64,000 bases of DNA from Hormiphora californensis. Taxonomy: Eukaryota; Animalia; Ctenophora. A model generated the notes under the pieces. It did not search any database. It was not told where the DNA came from and was given only the letters and a program-made list of their open reading frames with translations. The stretch is from assembly GCA_020137815.1 (NCBI GenBank), contig CM035353.1, positions 5,518,001 through 5,582,000 on the forward strand, read 5' to 3'. Position numbers and translations under genes: made by a program. Each line of letters opens with the position of its first letter. Position 1 is the first letter of the stretch. This document shows positions 12,630-25,900 of this stretch, in pieces.

Positions 12630-14735
12630 GTTAAGAAAAGAGGAAATCTGGAGAAGTGGGGAGGGAGATGGGGGAGGGAGAAGGGATCAAGGTATCTGTG
12701 TAGGGGGGGGGGGGTGCATAGTGATAGAGTTGGTGGTAAGTGGAGAAGAGAACAGTGTGATTAAGGGAGTGGGAATGACCGGGTGGAAGGGTGAGAGAGA
12801 GAAACACGATGCTAAGAGAGAGGTGAACAGCAGTGATGTGGAGAGGGAGCACTTAAACAGGGGGAAAGGAAGAAGGGAATAGAGGTAGTAAGACAACGTG
12901 CGGGAGGCGGGGGACCGGAGGTAAAGGAGGACTGAGGCTGACGAAGAGCACTGAGAGCAGCTAGGGATGGGTTCCTGGGAAAGGGCAGCGAGGACTGGAG
13001 AAAAGGGTGAGATGAAGGAGGGCCAGAGGTGAGGAATGGAAAAGGTGAGAGTACCAGAAGAGCAAGAGGCGAGACGATGATCCGGATCAAAAAAGGGGGG
13101 GGGGGCTGGAACGAGGAGGGAGATGGAGGAGTCCAGACCAGCGGTGGAGACGACGAGAAGGAAGCGGAGTGTCGGTGGAGCCTGGCTGTCGGGGACAGGG
13201 GACTGACGGAGAGATGCAACTCAGAGAGAGGAAGTAGATGGAAACCACGGACAGGAAAAAGGGTGGTGAGGGCTGGAAACGGTGAAGGAGGGCCAGAGAT
13301 GGAGGTGAGGAAGGAGAGGGGGAGCACCCAGTGAGCAGAAGAGGCGATGACCTGGATCAGAGGGACGGTAGCCTGGAACAGAGGGTATCAGAGGAGAGCT
13401 GGAACGAGGAATACGAGGAGGTCTGACAGAGCGGTAGAGAGGGAAGGGGTGGAAAGAGTTGGAGTCAGCAGTCGAGAAGAAGTGGAGGCGGTGACCTGAA
13501 TCAAAGGGACGGTAGCCTGGAACAGAGGGTATCAGAGGAGAGCTGGAACGAGGAGTATGAGGAGGAGGTCTGACAGGGCGGTAGAGACGAAGAGCAGGAA
13601 GGGACTGTCGGAGGGCTCCAGGGAGGGGGTGGAAAGGGTTGGAGTCAGCAGGCGAGAGGAAGTAGGGCAGGAAATAAGGGTTGAGGAAGGGAGGAGTGGG
13701 AGCCGGTGTACAAAAGACGCGGGAAACCAGACAAAGGAAGAGAGGAAGAGATGACGTAGCACAGGTGTGCCCCGCACGTAAGGGTATAGCCCGCGCGCCC
13801 CACTCTAGGGGTGAGACGGCGCGCCCTCCTGCAACGAGTCCCCCCGACCTCTCAGAGTGAGAGATGTGTTAACATATTGAGCCAGAATGTTAGATGCGAT
13901 AGGGTGGTTCAGGGTATGAGTCAGGTCATCAGTAGAGTTTGGAATCGCTAGGCCATGTTTTCTCAGGTCGTCAGACATCTTGATTCTGGGGGTTATGTAC
14001 TGAAGACAGGTGAATAGGAGGTGTTCCTCGTCTTCCACAAGAGACAAGCCGATTCCATTACACCAGGAACAAATTCTTTTGTCCCTAGGGATACTCGAGT
14101 AACGACCTCTTTCGATTGCAAGATGGTGGGAGCTAGTAAGAAAACGGTTAAGGGCGGTTCTGTTTCCGTAGTTGGATACGGTATGTAGATACTTGGCTGG
14201 AGAGAAATCCAGTATCACCCGCTTAAAGAAGGAGAGCTTGGATTGCGAGTTTGCTGCCTCGTCTAAACAGGATCGAAAAGCACAGCTGAGGATGTTGTTC
14301 ACCTTCCAGGGTCTAAACCAGCCTGATGCAAGAGGAGGGTCGGGAGAGGCGACAGGGTTAGGGGGTGGTGGTGGGACTGCTTTGGGATCTCTAATGATTC
14401 GAGCGGCGTCCATGTGAGGTAACCGATAGATCTCATCCAGCTGGAGGAGGGGCAGGATCGACTTGAACCAAGGTAGGTGGTACTTCTCTTGTTCAGTAAG
14501 AGCTCGCTTGGCTAGACATGAGCTATCCATAGTTTGGAGCCTCTTGAGAAAGGATAGAGTGTGCCTTATCCTGTCTAGAGCGAGAGGCTGGCGTCCGGCA
14601 AGCTTCCATACAGCCACGTTAGAGGTCCTCCTGTTGACCCCCAGCGCCCACTTCAGGAAACTGATGTGTACCTTCTCAGTGGGATCTGCTGCAATTCTCT
14701 TCAAACTGGTGCGGCTGCTCATGCTAGTACCTAGA
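12630..14735 (-). mobile_element. 5'-truncated non-LTR retrotransposon: ORF2 C-terminus with zinc knuckle (13805-14735) plus pyrimidine-rich 3' region
   Basis: EKVHISFLKWALGVNRRTSN and SSHHLAIERGRY...RICSWC...EDEEHLLFTC are typical LINE ORF2 C-terminal motifs. The 3' limit is approximate. Confidence 0.85.
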
Positions 14736-15153
14736 ATTTTGCAGATGTTGTAAGTGAAAAATATTTTCAGCGCGACACGACCGCGCGCGATTGAATTACT
14801 GATCGCGCGCAAAATCAAAATTTACGCCGCGCTGTAACGCGCGCCATTTTATGCTTGAAAATCCAGGCCAGCCGCGCCAACCGGGCCAGCGTTAAAGTGC
14901 GTTTCAAACGACTTGACCTGAGATTCCTGGAAATTCAGGATTTCCCCTTTGTAAATACACGCGCAATGCGCCAAATTCCAAGAATTACGGGTCAAGTCGC
15001 TTGAAACGGACTTTAAAATCTGGGTGTTTTGAAACTTGATGAACTTGGGAGGGGCGCGATTATAATCTGGGTGCCTTGCAGCCTGTTTACAGGTGCGTGC
15101 TACCAAAAGAGTATACTTAGACCGACTTTTTTGAAACGGCTATAGCCATGGAA

Positions 15154-15814
15154 CCACATGGCCGATTTGAGTAAACTAAACGGTATCAGTTAGAGAATCG
15201 ATAGCCCTAACCGATAACCCCAAACCAAACCCTAACCAGACCCTAACGGATAGCCCTAACCCGTCGCGCACGCCAAAACTACGAATTGTTAGCAATGAAA
15301 GGCACCCAGATTTTAACGTTTTCCTTTTGGGAGTGCTGACAAACGGTTTTTTAGGGTTAGGGCTAAAGTAGGGTTAGGGTTAGGGTTGGGGTTTGGGTTG
15401 GGGTTAGGCCTTGACATTCCCTACCAGATAAACTTTGAATCAGCAAAAACGGTTGAGTGGTTTGGCGGTTAGAGCCATTTTAGTGAATCAACTTTTTTGG
15501 CAGCGCGCACCTGTAAACAGGCCTCCAAACACCCAGATCGTAACGGCGCCCCCTTAACCGGGCCGCGAAAACCGGCCAGCGTTAAAATCTGGGTGTTTTG
15601 GGAGTGCTGACAAACGGTTTTTTAGGGTTAGAGCTAAAGTAGGGGTAGGGTTAGGGTTGGGGTTTGGGTTGGGGTTAGGCCTTGACATTCCCTACCAGAT
15701 AAACTTTGAGACGGGTTAGGGCTTCGAGAGGGTCGGGTTAGGGTTTTGTTAAGGGTTATCGGTTAGGGCTATCGATTCTCTATCAGATACCGTTTACTCA
15801 AATCGGCCATGTGG
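15154..15814. mobile_element. Inverted-repeat element containing telomere-like TTAGGG/CCCTAA tracts
   Basis: About 85-bp inverted ends (CCACATGGCCGATTTGAGTAAAC... / ...GTTTACTCAAATCGGCCATGTGG) and two internal ~110-bp direct repeats. A related inverted fragment lies at ~8155-8220. Confidence 0.65.
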
Positions 15815-16161
15815 TCAGTCTGGAAAATAAAAGTGTACTATTTTTGCCGGACTGGACGCTATCCGACACGGCTTTTTGAAACTTGAAAAATAATTTTTGT
15901 TGGTGTCAAGTTTGTTTTTTCGGTGGTGTCGGCGACATTATGAACATATTGCAAATAACCGTGTTATAAAATACGCCTCCATCTTCGTTTGAACTAAATT
16001 TGGTAAAAAAGGTTCTTTCCAGCACATTGATAACAATAAAATAACATTTCTGACCGCCATTACATACATAACCAGCATCAGCTCAACAATTCACGATTTA
16101 AGTATTATTTGAGTTATTCTTTACCATGGTCTCGTCTCTTTCCATAACACATACAGTTTTC

Positions 16162-19100
16162 TTAGATATCATCTTGTTCATTTCTGGATTCCCCGATGTC
16201 CGCTTCATAAATTTCATACTCGTTTTGCTCTTCACCTTCCATACCATCTTTTTCACAACCAAAGTCCTCTATCTCAAGGTCGGATCTTTCTCCCCTTCCC
16301 TGTATACTCATCCTTTCGTTTCGCTCTTCATTTATGCTTGCCACATTTTTTGATATGCCATTTTCTGCAGATATTGCTTCAAGTTCAACACCGTCGCCTT
16401 TATCTGTTTTTGTGTGTGTAAATCTCGTGGTGTCATCAGTTTCCTTCAAATCTCTTTTTATATCTCTTTGTGTCATCTCGATTTCCTCTCGGACAACCAA
16501 ATCTTTTAGAGCCAGGGTCGTGGTGCACATTTTCGAGAATCCCCTAAACATTTTCTTTGCCATTTGAAGGGGCCTCTCGATCAGGTATTTGAATATTGTC
16601 GGGTCATAAAGCATGGGATTGATGACCGAATTAATGGGAAGAATCAGGATAGAGAAGTAGGCATACCAGGTGGAGGCATCAACTACCTCCCCGTAGTGAA
16701 GGAGAGAGGTAGTACAGAGCGGAATCCAACAAAAGAAGTCCGTGACAATGATAGCAGAAACTTTTGCCTGGAGCTTTTTATATCCTGGAGGTTTAGCGTT
16801 ACCAGCATTCTGGGAGGATTGCTTGCTTTTCATTACAATGATAATATAGCTTGCAGCAATTACGAAAAAGCAGGCAAAGTTAGTGATCACCACTACAATG
16901 GTGAAGATCCACTGTGGATCACCTCGGGTCACCAGATACTTGAAGATACACACACCGTCATTCCCGTAGAATCCTAGTGTAACGTTATGGATACCTGCAA
17001 AAGGGTGAAATTTATTAGATTACTTTCACCCCCAATAGTTTTCTTATAAAACATGGGCCTCTAAAGACGAAACAATTATATATTCCTATGTCTAATCATA
17101 AATTAATTACTTTGTGGGTATCTTTGTTTACATTAAATTTGAATTTTATTTACCTCCGTAATCGTTTGAGAACATCCCGGAAACGCGTTGCCTGATCGTC
17201 TCCCAAGTTGGTTGGATATAAAGCCGAGATCGTGAATTTGATGGATCTTTCTCTATGGATTGGAATGCTGCCAGATGCCTCCTTTTATCTATAGGACCGA
17301 TGAATAAGGGTGATCCATGGTAGTAAATTCCATTTACAAAGTAATTCTCGAACATCTTTACTGTTGGAGCTATAGCCACCGCTGCACTCATGACGACTGG
17401 TACGGTTCCTAGAATTGCCAGCTTAGAGATACTTTTAAAGGACTTGAGCTGGTGCTTGTAAAGTTGCTGTGCATTTAATTGCCGGATAGCGCTTAGGATT
17501 GTCATGGCGTAAAGGGAGAGTTGTGACCCTATCGTGCTTACTATTCCAAGAGTTCTACAGTGTCCGGAACTCAACCACAGGAAGCGATTCTGGCAGTAAT
17601 TTTCAGAATCTCGATAGTGGAAATCGGCGACAGAGATGCCAATAAGATAAACTCCTACACACAGATCGCCAATGCAAACAATAAGCACCGTTAGCTTGTT
17701 AATGAATGTTTCATATTTCTTCTGTAGCCGCAGCTCCCATACAGTCCTACCCAAGGAAACGATATTTAGGCCACATGCCAAACCTCCCATTACATAGCTG
17801 CACCCTCGAAGGAAGTTGTTCGCAAAGATGTTCTTGTTAGACTCTGGGCACCCTGGTTGGCATTCATCCGAGAAGTCTTGGCAGTCGACCACACCATCGC
17901 AGACAGAGGATTTAGGTAGCCAGACATTCTGGATCGTTGAACATTTGAAACTGTTATCACACTTCTCCTCATCACTGTTGTCCCCACAGTCGTCCTTCAG
18001 GTTGCAGATATCCTGGTAAAAGACACAATTCTTGTTATTACAAGGGAACAGGCGTGTTTCGTAGACTCCGGCCGCTGTTGTTCTCAAGACAGCGACGATA
18101 TCTGGAGGAGTAGTGTCTGCCAGAGATAATATCCGCCTGTTTCGACGGTCGCCTATGTAGTTTTGGCAGGTGTCTCTAGTTACCGGAATGAGCGGGCATT
18201 TGGCGTTCGTACACCGACCATTACATGCTGCATAGACGTAGTTAGCCCCGTACAAGTAAGAGCAGTCTTTATTCGGTGGGATAGGAAGGTTAACCAGGAT
18301 GTGTCGGTTGAGCTGGGAAAATACACTTTTAACTATCCCCGCAGTGTGCTCTACTTGGTGGCACGTTCCCAGGATAAGTTCCATAAAGTAACCCTTGATC
18401 CTGCCGGGTATGCAGTGCTCCAACCACATTTGACCTCTTTCCTCGGTCGCTCCATCTTTTATAAAGACATCATTTCTCCTTGCAACAGTACTGCACAATT
18501 TACTTTCAAAGGAGCATTGGTTGCTGTTAGATTTGTCACAAAGATCCCCCAATTTGATGTAACCTAAATTCTCTCCAGGACATAGCAGAACTTCCTGGCA
18601 AACCAGCCCTTTTCCCTTCTCATCAATCCTGACGGGGGTGAGGGTTTGATTTAAAGTTTCAAAATCTTAAATAAAAATGGGAAGACCCGGGAAGACCAAG
18701 AATTTTGTTCTTGAGTGAGACGGGGCAGTCTAGCTATCCTACCTTAAAGTATTGTCACTTTCGCGTCCACAACTTAACCACTTATCTTCCATTTCGTCAC
18801 TGCCATCAACGCAGTCAACCTCTCCATCCATAACCCACTTGGTGGGTAGGGTAAGGGGCCTGCGATCTGAGTATGGGGTGTGGTATCTCCGTTCACACTT
18901 GAATACCTTAGTCATGTGTCCACAATCACTCTCATCACTCTCATCAGTGCCCCGCATAGCAGAGGAATGGCAGTCGGTGTGGCCGTTACACAGCTGACCC
19001 TTGTGGACCCAACAATCTGTGTTGTTTCCCCTACACTTGTTATTGTAGTCATCATCGCATAACTCCCATTTATCATGATGACAAGCTCCAAAGGTCGAGA

Positions 19101-19921
19101 TGGTTAGGGGATAGCCCCGGAGGGTACATCCAACTATGGCAACCCTGGATGTATCGCTGCAATTGGTCTGTTCTAATCCTTTTGGCTCCAAACATATCTC
19201 TTCAGAGGGGTTTCCATGTCGTATCCAGGGTACACCACATCGCTGCTCTTGCTTGAGTTTCATCGTCATAAACTTATAAACGTATCTGCAGAAAATGATT
19301 TTATTATTATGGGGCAACATTTTTCCCCGCCCGGGTGAATGCCGAAGGCATTCCTCTTGATGGCTTTTGCAAAAAGGCATCTACGGGGTTTAGTCTACTA
19401 GGCTATTATACAGACGGTAATTATTTAACTGTTTCCTATAAATGTTTGGGAAATCGACCGGAACCATATCGCTTACTCTGGATAAACTTGACAGGTATCA
19501 GGGCCTTTTTCATCAACATAGCACCCATTTAGGTCACTTCCATCATAACATAACGGTCCCAAGACAGGATCGCACATCTAGGAATTTTTAGTAGTCATGA
19601 GTCAATACATATCTAACTATATCTAATGCAAATTTGGGTGGAAATGTGACACCCTATCGTCAATGTGACGACGTGATACGTCACTGTGACGACGTGATAT
19701 GTCACTGTGACGACGTGATCCGTCAGTGTGACGACGTGATTCGTAGGTATCACGTATCACAAGTGCTAGAGAACTGCTTGCGAACTAAAGGGGTCACTTC
19801 ACATACATAAAAGGGAGAGAAAGAGAGAGAGGAAAAAAAGAGGGATCACATCACATAGCATATATCATAAGCGAGAGAGAGTGAAGGAGAGACAGTGAAA
19901 CAGAGAGGCCGCAGACTGCAG

Positions 19922-19982
<61 letters not shown>

Positions 19983-22900
19983 AGTTTACCCCGCTTTACA
20001 GAGGATAGTAGGCCCGTTCCAGAGAGGATAGTTTACCCCGGTCCAGAGAGGATAGTTTACCCCGCTTCACAGAGGATAGTTGCCCCGTCCCAGAGAGGAT
20101 AGTTTACCCCGGTCCAGAGAGAATAGTTTACCACGCTTCACAGAGGATAGTTGCCCCGTCCCAGAGAGGATAGTCTACCCCATACCCCGTTCTTGAGAGG
20201 ATAGTTTACCCTGTTCCAGAGAGGATAGTCCACCCCGCTCCACAGAGGATAGTTGCCCCGTTCCGGAGAGGGTAGTCTACCCTGTTCCTGAGAGGATAAT
20301 TTATCCCGCTCCGGAAAGGATAGTCTACCCCGCTCCAAAGAGGATAGTTTACCCCGTTCCGTTGATCATAATGCTTCACACTGGCCCCTGTCCCAGATCA
20401 CCTATAGTCATATTATATAGATACACACCCGTACGCTGAAAGTGTCGGTTCGTGCTGAAAAGCTGCAAGGATGGACGGGCAAACCATCTACTAACGGACC
20501 AAATGTGGCGGTGGGGATTCCGTTACCGCTGCTCACCGGTGTCAGTGTTAAGACCCCCAAACCCGGCTCTTCTTTCAACAAACCGATGACTATGAATATA
20601 CAGTGATTGGTTTGAAACTCACCCCCAAAACTTACTCATCTTATACGACATGAGTACAAACACCGAAAACCAAGGAAGGTCTGGTCTAAGCAAGAGAACC
20701 TAGACTTGGTACACTGCTACTACCGCAGTAACCCAGGCACATCCGGATCCTGGAAGAGGCTCGAACGCCTATGGGAAGACAAGGACACGCCCCATTAACA
20801 GGTGCCAAACTCTCAAGCCAGTTCAGATCAATAGAGAAATCTGGACGCATGGTAACACCGCAGGGAGATGGCTGATCAGCGAATGCTAGCAGGGCTAGCA
20901 AATTCTGGCCTAAATATACTCCCGGAAGTGGATCTCACGGTGAATGATAACACTGCGGGTCCGAGTACCTCGCCAATGGGGACACCGACACCCCACCCCC
21001 CACCACCACCCCCAACCAGAGCGCCACGAACGAAATGGACCACTGAAATGAACATTACGCTCGTGTTCATCCACTCGTACTCACAACCGGACAGAAGAGG
21101 AGTATGGACCCGAGTGGAGGAAAGGTGGTCAAAGACAACCTACCCTTCCAAGACTGATGACCAGCTTAGATCCCAACTGAGATCTATAACTCAGTCGGGA
21201 CTCCTTTCACCACAGAAGCTGATGGAAATCAGAACCAGCGGCCATAGCCGACCGTGAAGCAACTGAATCGGCACGACAGGCTGTGGTAGAAGACAACCCA
21301 ACCCCCAGAAGCCATCGAAACCCCCACAAATCCAGTGGAAGAGGAAGGGGCCATCACCGAACCCGGACAATCAGGGAGCAGTTCAAGAAACTACTCGAGG
21401 AACCAAGCTCCATCAAAGTCACTGACCTGAGACAGGTCCCCTGGGGGAAACTACGAGTGGCAATTGACCGACTCAGCCCGGTAATCAAGTCTTTTTGAAA
21501 CCCCAGACCTTACCACGTTGAACACACTACTGATGGCTGTAGCCCACGTGGTCCGAGAACAAATGGGCATTGAGGCACCTAGTGAAACTACCATAACTCC
21601 CCCAGAAAGAACAAGCAACCGATGTGGCTGCGACGACTGAAGAAAGTGTCGGCAAACTTCGCTCAGACCTCTCCAGGCTGACCGAAATGAGCAGAGGAGC
21701 CACCCAGAAGTTCAAACTATAGATACTATCTATAGAAGATACCCACTCCTGCCCAAGAAAGGCTACAAGCAAGTAATAGAGGAGGTCAAACAGAGATTGC
21801 TAGCGAAGGCCGGAAAGATAAGACGATACAGAAGAAGCAGCAGACCTTCGCTGACAATAACCTGTTTCAGAACAACCAGCGCAACTTCTACAGAAAGTTG
21901 GAGAAACGAGGAACAGACCCCAAAACCGACAAATCTACACTAAAAGGCCCGGGGAACGGGGACCTTAACTTCGGGAAAAGACAAGGGGGGAAAAATGACG
22001 TGGGCCCAACCCTTAAGGGGAGGGGTTTTTGGATGACACCCAAAGAGAATTTTGGGAGGGTCCACGGCAAGAAAAAATTCCAGACCCCCAAAGAAAGAGT
22101 GTATGCCCGTGTAAAGGGGCTCCAAACGGGGTCGCCCCCCGGTTTAGATGGCCTGCATCCCCTTTTTGGATCAAGCACCCACTTGTCTCCATGGAGGGAT
22201 GTTTGAGTTTCTTAGTGAAAGCCCTTTTTTACTACGGCCCGGGGTCCCGGGAGGGAACTGAAGGCAGAACTCCCTGCGGGCTAAAAGACCCCAAAAAAGG
22301 AATGGCGACCCGGGGAAACTTCAGCCCCCTAACCGGGCCCCCCCAAACCTCGGAATTTATACACAAAAGGCTGTCAAAAGGGAATATACCTACACCTGGG
22401 ACAAAACAGACTTTTCCCCTGAAGAGAAAAAAGGTTCCCCTTTAAGAAGGCAGGGGATGTAAAAAACAGTTAGAAATTGACAAACTTACCTACGTCATTG
22501 AAAACGTACAAAGTCTTTTTCTGAAATATGTCCTACATCGCAACCAAAAGGCATTTTACTCGTTTCCCCACCCCTTGGACCCTTTGAAGAAATGGAGATG
22601 TCCCAAGATCCCCCCCTCAGATAATCCGACTATTCGTAAATCTTCCCAAAACAGTGGGGTTGTTAATATGTCCAATCTGGCTCAGCCTTGGCCAAATACC
22701 ATCAAGAGGGGGGCCTTTTCCCAGGAACGCCGTCCCCCCCAAATTCACTTTATTATGGGCCCTGACCCCCTTGTCCATGCTCCAAACAAACCCAAAGGGG
22801 AAGAGGCCCCACCATTTTAAAACCCAAAAGGCTCTAAAAAACCGGTATTAGTTTTCAACCCCCCCGCCTATACGGGACGACCTTAAGCTTTATGCCAGCT

Positions 22901-25900
22901 CAAAAGATGCCCCCAAACAGCTCTTGGGCCTTCCCACCGGAAGTTTAGCACGCCCATAAACTTTCCCTTTGGGGTTTTCCCAAAATGCGGAGCCCTAACT
23001 TTGGGGATGGAGTGAAAGGGATGCGGGGGAATAACCCTCCCGATTTGGAGACAAATACCCGAGGGGAAGATGGAGGCTATAATCCCCTCCCTTCCCTTTG
23101 GGGGTTTTACCGCATTCTAAACCCAAAAATGAAGCAAAGGCAAAATAAAAATCACTCAAAGATCCAAAAAACTTTTTGTCCTGGCCCCTCCCAAGGCAAA
23201 AACCCTCTCACTGCAATAAACCACAGGGGCAATACCGTATTTTTTAGGGTTGCCGGAATTTTGGACTGGTCCACTTCCGAAGCCAAATTTGGACAAATTT
23301 TATGTTACTGGGAAAGATCCTGAAAGGGGTGTCTTTAAAAGAAAAACAGGGGACGTTGCCGGGCCTGAAATTTTCCGCGGGAAAACCGGGGAGGAAGGGG
23401 CCTCCAGCGGATTAGAAAAATTTTTATTGCAAGAAAAACAGGACTCTTTACTTCTTCAAAAATTTCAAAGGGCCCCCAGGATACGGGGCCCCCCAAACCC
23501 CGGCATGAGACGAGGATATGCAACTGGACCTCCAAAAAGACGCAAAACCCTGGAAAGTTTAAAGGGGGGAAACCTTGTAGAAAAATTGGAAAGCAAAGTG
23601 CTAGGGGGAAAAGTTTCCCTAAAAGCCAACGGGAAAAGGGGGATGCGACCCTAATTCGACCTGGGCCTGGTTAAACAAAAAACCCCAAAGCAATATACCG
23701 AACCCATGTATTTGCTGCCCAGGATCAACCCCTTCGCACGAACTGGAAAAAAGCCCAAAAGGAAGGGGAAAGGGAGTGACTGAAAATTTCCGTACTGAAA
23801 CCGAACAAAACGGCCGGGGGAAAAACACCCAAAGGGGGGGTTTCACGAACTCTCCAACGGAACTTTAAGCACAGACCGATCGAGTACCCTGCCCCCCTAC
23901 CGGGGGGAATGAAAAAGGGACAAAGGTTTCCCTGTGAATAAAAGGGGTTTTGGACCACATGCAAAAAAATGCTTGAGAAGGGAAACTACAGATTCTCGGG
24001 TTTTTCCACATTCAGACGGAAAACCCCCCCACCCCGGGCCCATGTAAACCTATTTGGGCCCTTCTAGACAAAATAAAAAAGGAAAGGGCGCTACTGTTTC
24101 GACGTCGCTGTCCAAAAAGACAGGTCAGTCTCGGACAGGGAAGGGAAAAGGGCCCGAAAAAGTACCAAGAATTTCGGGGGGGGCCCACACAAATTTGGGA
24201 ACTTAAAACCCAAAGGTCCCCCCTCGTGAGGGGGCCCCTTGGGGGAGTCGCCCCCACGGGAAAGTCCCCTGACGGGGCCAAAAAACCCCCCCAAAATCAC
24301 CCCTCCCAGCCCCAAAAAGCAGTCCTGTTCAACTGGATAAAACACGCCCCCAAATTTTCTCGACAGTAATATACCTCCTGAGATGTCTCCCCCTGTAATT
24401 GTAATTTTTAAATTTTTTATTTTTAAACCCTTTTTTTTCCCCCCCCTTTCCGGGTTTTGCCACTAGGTTCCCCCCAGATTCAGACTTTTGCTTCTCCTTT
24501 TCCGGGTTTAAATTGAAACCCCTTTTTAGACCCCCGTTCCGATGGGGGGGGCTTCTTTCCCGATAGTTTAGGAGGGTTTTCCCCCCCCCCCCTTTTTCTC
24601 CCTCCCAACTTTTTTCCCTTTTTTTAATTTTTCCTACTTTAACCCTTTTTACAAATTTTTCAACCACCCTTATGTACATTTTTTCTACCTACCTTTACTT
24701 TCCCCAGGCCCCCCGGGCCCTCAGACCAACAGATCCGGGCTCGGGGATTCAACCCTGTTTCCCCATTTGGGACCTTTCGGGCCCCCTGTGGGAGTGGTTC
24801 GTTTTTGTGGACCGAGAGAGAGAGAGAGAGGGGGGATTTGGGGCCCCCCCACCCCCCAAATTTTTTAAGGGGTAAAAGGGAAAAAAAAAAATTTTAAAAA
24901 AAAAAAAAAAGGTTTCCAAAGGGGGGGGAAAAAAAAAAAAAAAAAAAAAAAAAAATTAAAAAAATAAAAATAAAAAAATCCCCTTTTTGGCCCCCGGCCG
25001 GGGCCACATTTTTCCCCCCCCCCCTTTTTTTTCCTTCCGGGGGCCCGGGGGCCTTTTTGCCGGCCCCTCAGGGGTTCCCAGTGGAACACACTTCCATCCT
25101 TCCAGGGCCAAAACTTTGGGTGGGACCCCCAACCCCTTTTTCCCCCTTTAACCCCGCTAACCCAAAATTTTTTTTTTGTTTTTACTGGCCCCCCTTTAAA
25201 CCCCCTTCTTCCATTTTTTATTAGGGGTTTTTCTCATCGGAGATGGTTCTTTTTTGGGAAAGGGGGTGCTGTCCTCTCTGGAAACGGGGGGCACTTGTCC
25301 TTTTCTGGAAACGGGGTTTAGCTTCCCCCTCGGGGTGGTGGCTGTTTCCCCTCAAAAGGGGGGGGTCAGCTTCTTTCTGGAGGGGGGGGTCAGGGTGTCC
25401 TTAAAATGGGCGGGGGGGCATTGTCCTCTCTTTTGGAACGGGGGGGCTGTCCTCCCCCTGGAAAAGGGGGGGCACCTTTTCTTTTCTGGAGCGGGGGCGC
25501 TGTCTTTCTGAACGGGTTCCCGCTGTCCTTCTAACCCGGGGGCCCGGGTGTCTTCCTCGGGAAAGGGTGGGTGTCCCTTTTCGGGAAAAGGGGTTTAGCC
25601 CGGTTTCTCTGGGGGAAAGGGGTCCCGCTGGCTTTTCCCGGAACGGGGCAGCTGGGTTCCTTTTGGGAAAGGGGTCGGGTGCCCTTTTTCTGGAGGGGGG
25701 GCGGCTGTCTTCTCTGGAAACGGGGTCAGGGGTGGCTTTCTCTGGAACGGGCTGGCTTTTTTCCCCTTTTTTGGCCTGACCCTGTAAACCATCCTTTCCA
25801 AATTTTTTTAAATTTTTATTTTTTTTTTTTTTCGCTTTGTACCCCTTCCCTTTGGCTGTTTTTTTAGGTTGGGCTTGGGCCCAATTTTTTTAAACGGTTT

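Noticed and set aside
15200-15770. True telomere or chromosome fusion site
   Set aside because: The tracts are short, degenerate and embedded in a dispersed repeat.
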